Shown: one piece after another, positions 57,935 through 64,000 of the stretch
Layout: every line of letters begins with the position of its first letter
Numbering within the stretch: position 1 is the stretch's first letter
Source: Neoechinorhynchus agilis
Taxonomy: Eukaryota > Animalia > Acanthocephala
Direction: 5' to 3'
NCBI GenBank assembly: GCA_051530055.1
Contig: CM121343.1
Span: forward strand, 5,054,389 to 5,118,388
Length of the DNA: 64,000 nucleotides
The notes under the pieces: generated by a model
Told to the model about the DNA's origin: nothing
Databases searched by the model: none
The model's input: only the letters and a program-made list of their open reading frames with translations
Position numbers and translations under genes: made by a program

Positions 57935-59824
57935 TTTAATCGTAGTGCAACTGCAGTGATGGTTTGATTTTAGCGGCTAAGTTCGTGTTTGCTTCGCGAC
58001 CCAACGTGCCGAATGGTCAGTTTTTTTCGGAAAGAATTTTTTTAATTAATGTGCACCGATCGATACGGATTTTTTAATATCAAATTGTTTTTTGATAGGC
58101 CTGCATGGCGTATAAAGATTGCAACTTAAAGATTTCGGTATTTCTTGACTTGGAATGCCCATGAATGCGCGAATAGCGTTGAAGCAATAAATGATGAAAT
58201 GTACTAGTCTTTCATTTGATATGAGTCTTCTTGGTCCAATAATCCACTTGCGTCCGTGTTTTGTGTGTTTAAATCATGAGACACTTTAACAATCCTGCAC
58301 TGATTTCTCGTTTATTAAAAATTGATTCGGAAATTATGGATTCGAGCCGTCATTCCACATTCTCGCGCCCTTCATCGTTGTGCCGTTCGTTTTAAATATC
58401 GATTTGAGTAAAAATTTGTTGAAAAATTCACGTAGAATTTCCCTTGCAGCATTCTCAACGCACTAATGAAAAAAGTGAATCATTGCGCAGCTATAAAAAT
58501 TATAGATTTTATTTGTTAACTCACAAACAAGAAGAGGACCGATATACCTTTGGGTCATCATTAAACACCCGAGTTCTGATTGGACAAATGGAATAATTAC
58601 AAAAAGATTATCAAATAAACGAATGAAACACGGCAATTTTAAAAATTGGTTTTACAATAAACACTTGCAATGAGCACTCGTTCATTTCAAAGAAGTAAAC
58701 CCGCATTGCGCATTGAGCAGATTTTTATGAATTTGAACGGGCTCAAGTTTCTCATATAAACGCTTTTCCACCAACCGACATTTGGATGAATTGCAACTTG
58801 AGTAAAATCGATTGATTATTTCCTAAGATTGCTTATTCTTAGGTAATCGAAGTTTACGATTTATGTAGCAGTTACGCTTCTTCAGGTTTGGGTACAAACG
58901 TAAAGATCTAAATCGTTTCAGAAAAGTCTCGACGGAGGAACTGCGGAGCATCTTTAACCTCCATTTCCTTCGCGAGGATGCATCCAGCATTTCTTGTCTG
59001 AATCGCATAGCTCACACTTTCCGATGATAAAAAATTTTTTTGTTGTTGCAATCAAAAGCTGTGTTTTTTTGTCCGGCGGCACCAATTATCGCAATGGCCA
59101 AAGATTGGAAATTGTAGAGCGGCAAATCCTCTTTCGCCACTTCACCGGCTCCTGAAACTGCAAAGGACAAGTTGCTCTTAGCAATCGTATTCGGGCAAAT
59201 GAAGAGGAGACGACCTCTTTCCCACGAATTTATTTTGACGATGATGCCGATCTTTTCCAAATATTAGCTTACAAGCAATGACCCGGATGAGGATTCCTCT
59301 TCCGAAATATTTCATAATAATAAAGGAATCTTTAACCGGGGGGGATTTTATTTTATTTACTGCGCATACACTCAAGGTCTCTTTTAAGGATCCATGAATT
59401 TGTATACATTCTCCAAATATCTAAATATAGATGTTAGTTGTAGGAAGAGAAAGGAAGTCTCGAGTCAGAGTAGATATCCGTACTACTCCTTTCCCTTAAT
59501 AGAAAAAACTAACCTGTTTACTGGTCTAAAATAAGGACTCAATTACACAGTAATTTCGAGTTTGTCTTTTGATTTAAATTAGTGAATTATATAAGGGGGG
59601 ATTATGTTCACCACCATCCAATATTGTTAATAATCGTCACAAAGCATCCTGCTTGATTTTGTTTGGTGATTGGGAAAATAGAGATTAATTTTTTGTTAAT
59701 TTGACCAGCCAATCACAATCGTTTCCAATTGCAATTGGTTAATTTTTCTAGAGATGACAGTGATGACGGAAAGAATGTCTTTAATGGTAATTCTGTGTAA
59801 GATCTCGATAACGGACAATAATTG

Positions 59825-60513
59825 ATGGTAAGTATCGTGGCGTATTGGTTGTATTTCTTCCTTTCGTAATAATAGGCTGCTTCTTTGCAACCATATTTAA
59901 AAGCCATTCGAGTAACGTTGGAAAGTGTTTTGTCCTTGAGGAATTTCGAGTCTCAATTTGTGGAAAGACACAATAAACCTGAAGTTGAGCTTGAGTAAGT
60001 ACTCTTAATCCGAAGATTTAGAATGAGTTCATGCCAGAAAGTCCAAAATGCTACTGAGACCGCTAATAGTGAGTCGCAATGAACGTGAAAAGGTCCTTAT
60101 TGAATCTTCAATCGATTCAGTTCGTATAAGTATCGCAATCAAACAGGTATCTCGAGCTTTAAAATTCATTTGAATGAGCTAAGAACTTAAGGCTGATGAT
60201 CTGGAGAGACTGTTGTGTAAACGGTTTATCCGTTTTCTCGTACAGCACGCCAATGATCTTCTGATATTACGGAAAAAAGCAATCAAGGTTTGAGTGGAAC
60301 TTTATCATCTTCTTAAATAATTCATGCTTTTAGGGCTATGACTTAACTTTTCTTCTGTTAAATGAACATTTAGATATAATCACCTCTGAAAGCATTATTT
60401 CATTCATTACCCAATTCATGGAAGATATCGACCGCGAAATCAGCCAACTAAAACTAACTGTTAATTCAAGAACAAGAGTTTGTGCAGAGGAATTTCTGAA
60501 GCAGTTTAATTAA
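59825..60513 (+). CDS. ARPC4: Arp2/3 complex subunit 4 (p20), 5 exons
   Basis: ATG|gtaagt, then [12 protein letters not shown]...[10 protein letters not shown]|...[11 protein letters not shown]...KQ|ADDLE...|GYD...[10 protein letters not shown]...AEEFLKQFN*. Four GT-AG introns; not in the ORF track. Confidence 0.96.
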
Positions 60514-60899
60514 AAAGCTTTAAGCTAAAATTTTATCAGTATTAACGAACGTTTTCTTTTTGGTTTATGTATAAAGTCAACTTCAATTCTAGAAAGATTT
60601 ACGGATTCTTGCAAAATAGGATATAAGCCTTTCAACCATTTTCCGAGCTTAATTTAGTTGCGATAATATACTCTCTTTTTTTGGATTTTTTGAACAGCAA
60701 TCAAATTTTTTCTATTTTTTTTATATATATAATGCCTATTTTTATTTGATATCCACGGTGCTAAATTTAAAATAAACTTTAAGCTTTAAAATGGTTGCAC
60801 AATTAGATATTACGTCCAGGGGCTGCGGAACACCGATAGGAATGTGACATTCAGTAAAAATTGATCAGAATATGCGGTTTTAATGCAGCGTTTTCTATA

Positions 60900-61790
60900 C
60901 GCACTCGTTGCATCCACCGGTTTCAAAAATCCTTTTGAAAAAATATTCGAACCCGAAAACGGTCACTAAACCGAATTCTGTGCTGCCGATGATACATATT
61001 GAAATTGTAAACTTCACGTGGATGATTCCGTATTTTGGTCCATAGAGATGAAATAGTGTTAAAATCATTGCGGTTCTTGATTAACCGGAGACTCAAGAGC
61101 AGGCGTATTCCTTCGACAAAATATCTCGCTAGCAGTACAACGAAGCAATGCTGCCAGCGTGATGGCGACGGTTGAGGAAGGACAAAAGCTGGAATTCGGC
61201 GCGAGGTGGTTAGTGTGTCGATTGTCGAGAAATGAAGATTGATTGGTTGTCGAAATGCTCCGGAAATACACACATTAAAAATTAATTTAACAACATACAT
61301 CTTCCTTCTTCTAATACATTTCATAAGAATTCCCGTAATGGTTGATTCAGAGTGTTTTATTGATCTCAGATGCCCCAATCTTTTCCTGTTGCATTTAGAA
61401 TCTCCATTTGTAAATGTGTTCATAAATACACTTCTGATGGTCGATATATCCCCGCTCCATCACTGGTCTATATTCCGTATTATTGGAAATCCTAAACTAT
61501 ACTGTTAGGATTTTGTACATCCATCCGGGTCGTCGGATATTTCCAGGAGGGGGGAATCATCAGTGAATTTTCTCCCTTCAGCGGTATTTCGTTTCCTTTT
61601 GTTAGGCGTTATTGGCGATCGTAGATTTGACCCTGAAACAATTCCGAATCCCAAAATATGAGCCTTAAGGCGCGGTATCATGGCTGATAAGAAATCTGAA
61701 TTTAAATCGCCTACTAGAATGTCGGGGTTCCAATTAAATAAGAAAGGATAATTGACGGAAGGCATCTTTGTTGCGTACTCGCATTGTTAT
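60900..61790 (-). pseudogene. Heavily decayed LINE fragments
   Basis: PDILVGDLNSDF (endonuclease-like) and weak RT C-terminal scraps. Confidence 0.35.
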
Positions 61791-61791
61791 A

Positions 61792-62006
61792 GATAGATTT
61801 TCCCCAAAACCTTCCCGAGTACGTTTTATTTTTTAATTTTGTCCGAATTTTCGCCGCTTCACGGCTTCTTCGGGACTCTCCCTCAACAAGTGAGGGAGAG
61901 TCCCCGAAGAGTGAGGGGGGTCCCCGAAGAAGCCGTGAAGCGGCGAAAATTCGGACAAAATTAAAAAATAAAACGTACTCGGGAACGTTTTCGGGAAAAT
62001 CTATAA
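61792..62006. repeat. Long, nearly perfect hairpin (foldback/MITE)
   Basis: ttcccgagtacg...gccgcttcacggcttcttcggg is exactly inverted at ~61922-61987, and the arms extend imperfectly to ~90 bp. Confidence 0.92.
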
Positions 62007-63664
62007 ATAAGAAAGGTAAAAACGTTTTCACGAATCTAGAGACTGACCGTGATTGTATATAGATGTTAACTAAAATGACGGGTGGATGAATCTCGGTAGA
62101 AATTTTATAAAAAGCGTTAGCGATGATAACAATTTAAAATATGTCATTCTTGGTGGAGAAACTGGTGTTTTGGATAAAGTATTTTCTTTACAAAAATTTG
62201 TAACCCACCTAAAAAACAAATTTATGAATTTGTTCTGGGCGAGTTACTTAATAGAGGTAAAGGATCAATCTTTTGAAAATATAATAAGTCCAAGATCCGT
62301 AGCATAAGATATGAATCCGAACATTTTACGTTGAGAAGCCGATATTGGAAATTTCGATTTTTTATTCGATGAAAATTCATGAGGCGGGGCTCTGGTCAAT
62401 GGTCTTTAGCCTCTGTTTCAAGGGAATAACTTTTGCTTCTGTCAAAGCAAGGGCAAAAATGTTTTGAAGAAAGGGAACGTCCTGCTTGACAGTTTATGGT
62501 CACTAGACTGCTTAATTGTTCACGACTCCAACTGAGGATGCTTTAAGCAAATAAGCCTCCTTAATCATTGCATCATTTGCTTCGAGTGTTGGTGAATTTT
62601 TAGCGGGGAAAATAATCCAAAGAGATTCTTGGAGCAGGAACGTTTGCCAATATATAAGGCAAGATGCGGGTAACATTAGAGCCATTGCTTTTAGGCTTTC
62701 ATCAAAATAGTTTTTCATATGATTCACACATTTAATGGTTTTGTAGTGTTGGGGGAGCACCTTGGTTTAATGTGAGTTCGGCGCAAAATAGACACCTATA
62801 CTCATATTCGCATGATTGAGCATAATGACCCTTGCGGCTATATCTCTAAGAAAATAGTCATGTTGTGATCGAAGATGGTTTCCCGGAGTATCGAAAAGGA
62901 GCCACATATGGATTCCCGTATGCCAAAAGACCCAGAGCGCAAAAATCAACCTCTTTAAGTTACAGTGGAGCATTGAACATTACTAACGTCACTCTTCGTG
63001 ATAAATCAGTAAATGTTATTTTAATATAATGAAGCATTTTATTTAGTCCTATCACCAAAAACCCAATATAATTGCCAGTTTGGTTGAAAAGAACTATTTT
63101 ATGCTCTAATAACGAATTAAATATTTAGAGAAAACATCTTTGTTAAGAAGGTAATCTTCTTTCCTTTTTGTTCGAGCAACTGAAGCATTAAAACTTCCAC
63201 TATCATACGAGGGAAAGAGATTCTCACTTACCTGAAGACCTCCAAGGGTGATTTAAGAATCCTGAATGGTAAGACAACGTTTTCAATTCGAGGCTCACGT
63301 GGTATGGACAATTGTTCCGTCCGAGTTCAAACAATTGCATTCGTTGTATCAATCACGTCCCAGCTCGTCGCCAATCGAGGTCTCCACGGAATAAAACCGG
63401 TAACGAACCCCTCAATTTTTTTGTTAGTTTGTGATTAATTTCATGACTTTGGTTGATAAATTCTTTGTAAATCCACGAGACTTGCGAATTCAACTTACCG
63501 TTTTATGGAATTTCACAACCTTAACTTCGCATGAGTTTTTTTAAATTAAAGAACTCAATGTTCAGGCTCAAACGTGTTCCTGAGCTACTATGTTGTTTTA
63601 GCAATCTTAAAATGAAAACTTTTTTTTAATAAATTTTTTATTGAATAACTTTTATTATTCTCAA

Positions 63665-64000
63665 TCGTACTTCACCGTCCCCAAGACGCTCGCTGCGTTT
63701 CCTCGCTGGATAGCCAAGGATATGTTCTGCACTAGGAACGAACGAGCCCTCCTGTCATTGGTCGAGTTGATCAGTCGATGCCCCAGTTCGAAAACAAAAC
63801 TCCTCGCCGCACGTCCGAAAGCTCCTAAGGTTTCCACTGCGAAGGGGACAAAATGATGAGAATTTGTAAAATCGGCGTATTTTGCAACCTTACGGAGCTC
63901 AGCTGCTGATGCGGCTCTCCCAGCCCCGGAGGATGCATCTCGCAGATTGTTGGCTGCAAGGGAGTCGACGCATGTTGCGTCCCATAGGAGAAATCTCCCC
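63665..64000 (-). mobile_element. 3' end of a CRE-type non-LTR retrotransposon, open frame running off the window
   Basis: LLWDATCVDSLAA...AELRKVAKY...FVPFAVETLGAFG...LVQNISLAIQRGNAASVLGT, followed by an A-rich tail. Confidence 0.93.

Noticed and set aside
62340-62990. Short minus-strand ORFs suggesting a transposase remnant
   Set aside because: No catalytic or family motif could be recognised.

Overview
Eukaryotic, AT-rich, compact window, most likely from an animal genome (species not identifiable from the sequence). It holds about 14 protein-coding genes: the 5' part of acetyl-CoA carboxylase, a GW182/TNRC6-like protein, a DnaJ-zinc-finger protein, BNIP1/Sec20, AdoMet decarboxylase, a secreted SOUL protein, CPSF2, eIF4A3, a 23-exon secreted Tyr/Arg/Pro/Gly-rich repeat protein, a TTK/Mps1-like kinase, a MARVEL protein, a Max-like bHLH-ZIP, a PDE3-like phosphodiesterase, an SPKR-rich basic protein and ARPC4. 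Most introns are tiny canonical GT-AG introns of about 30-60 nt. Between genes lie a nearly intact LINE with a 14-bp TSD, CRE-type and Penelope-like remnants, a tRNA-derived SINE family, foldback elements and four tandem arrays. Main finding: six 53-173-nt intervening sequences interrupt conserved motifs of five otherwise intact genes (CPSF2 twice, eIF4A3, TTK, PDE, DnaJ). They lack GT-AG ends, all follow an exonic TA, four end in a second TA, and all have complementary termini. Removing them exactly restores the conserved protein. This points to TA-bounded, transposon-derived non-canonical introns, or to ciliate-IES-like elements excised from DNA, coexisting with ordinary spliceosomal introns. 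All gene models and family assignments come from manual translation and recalled family motifs, not database searches.
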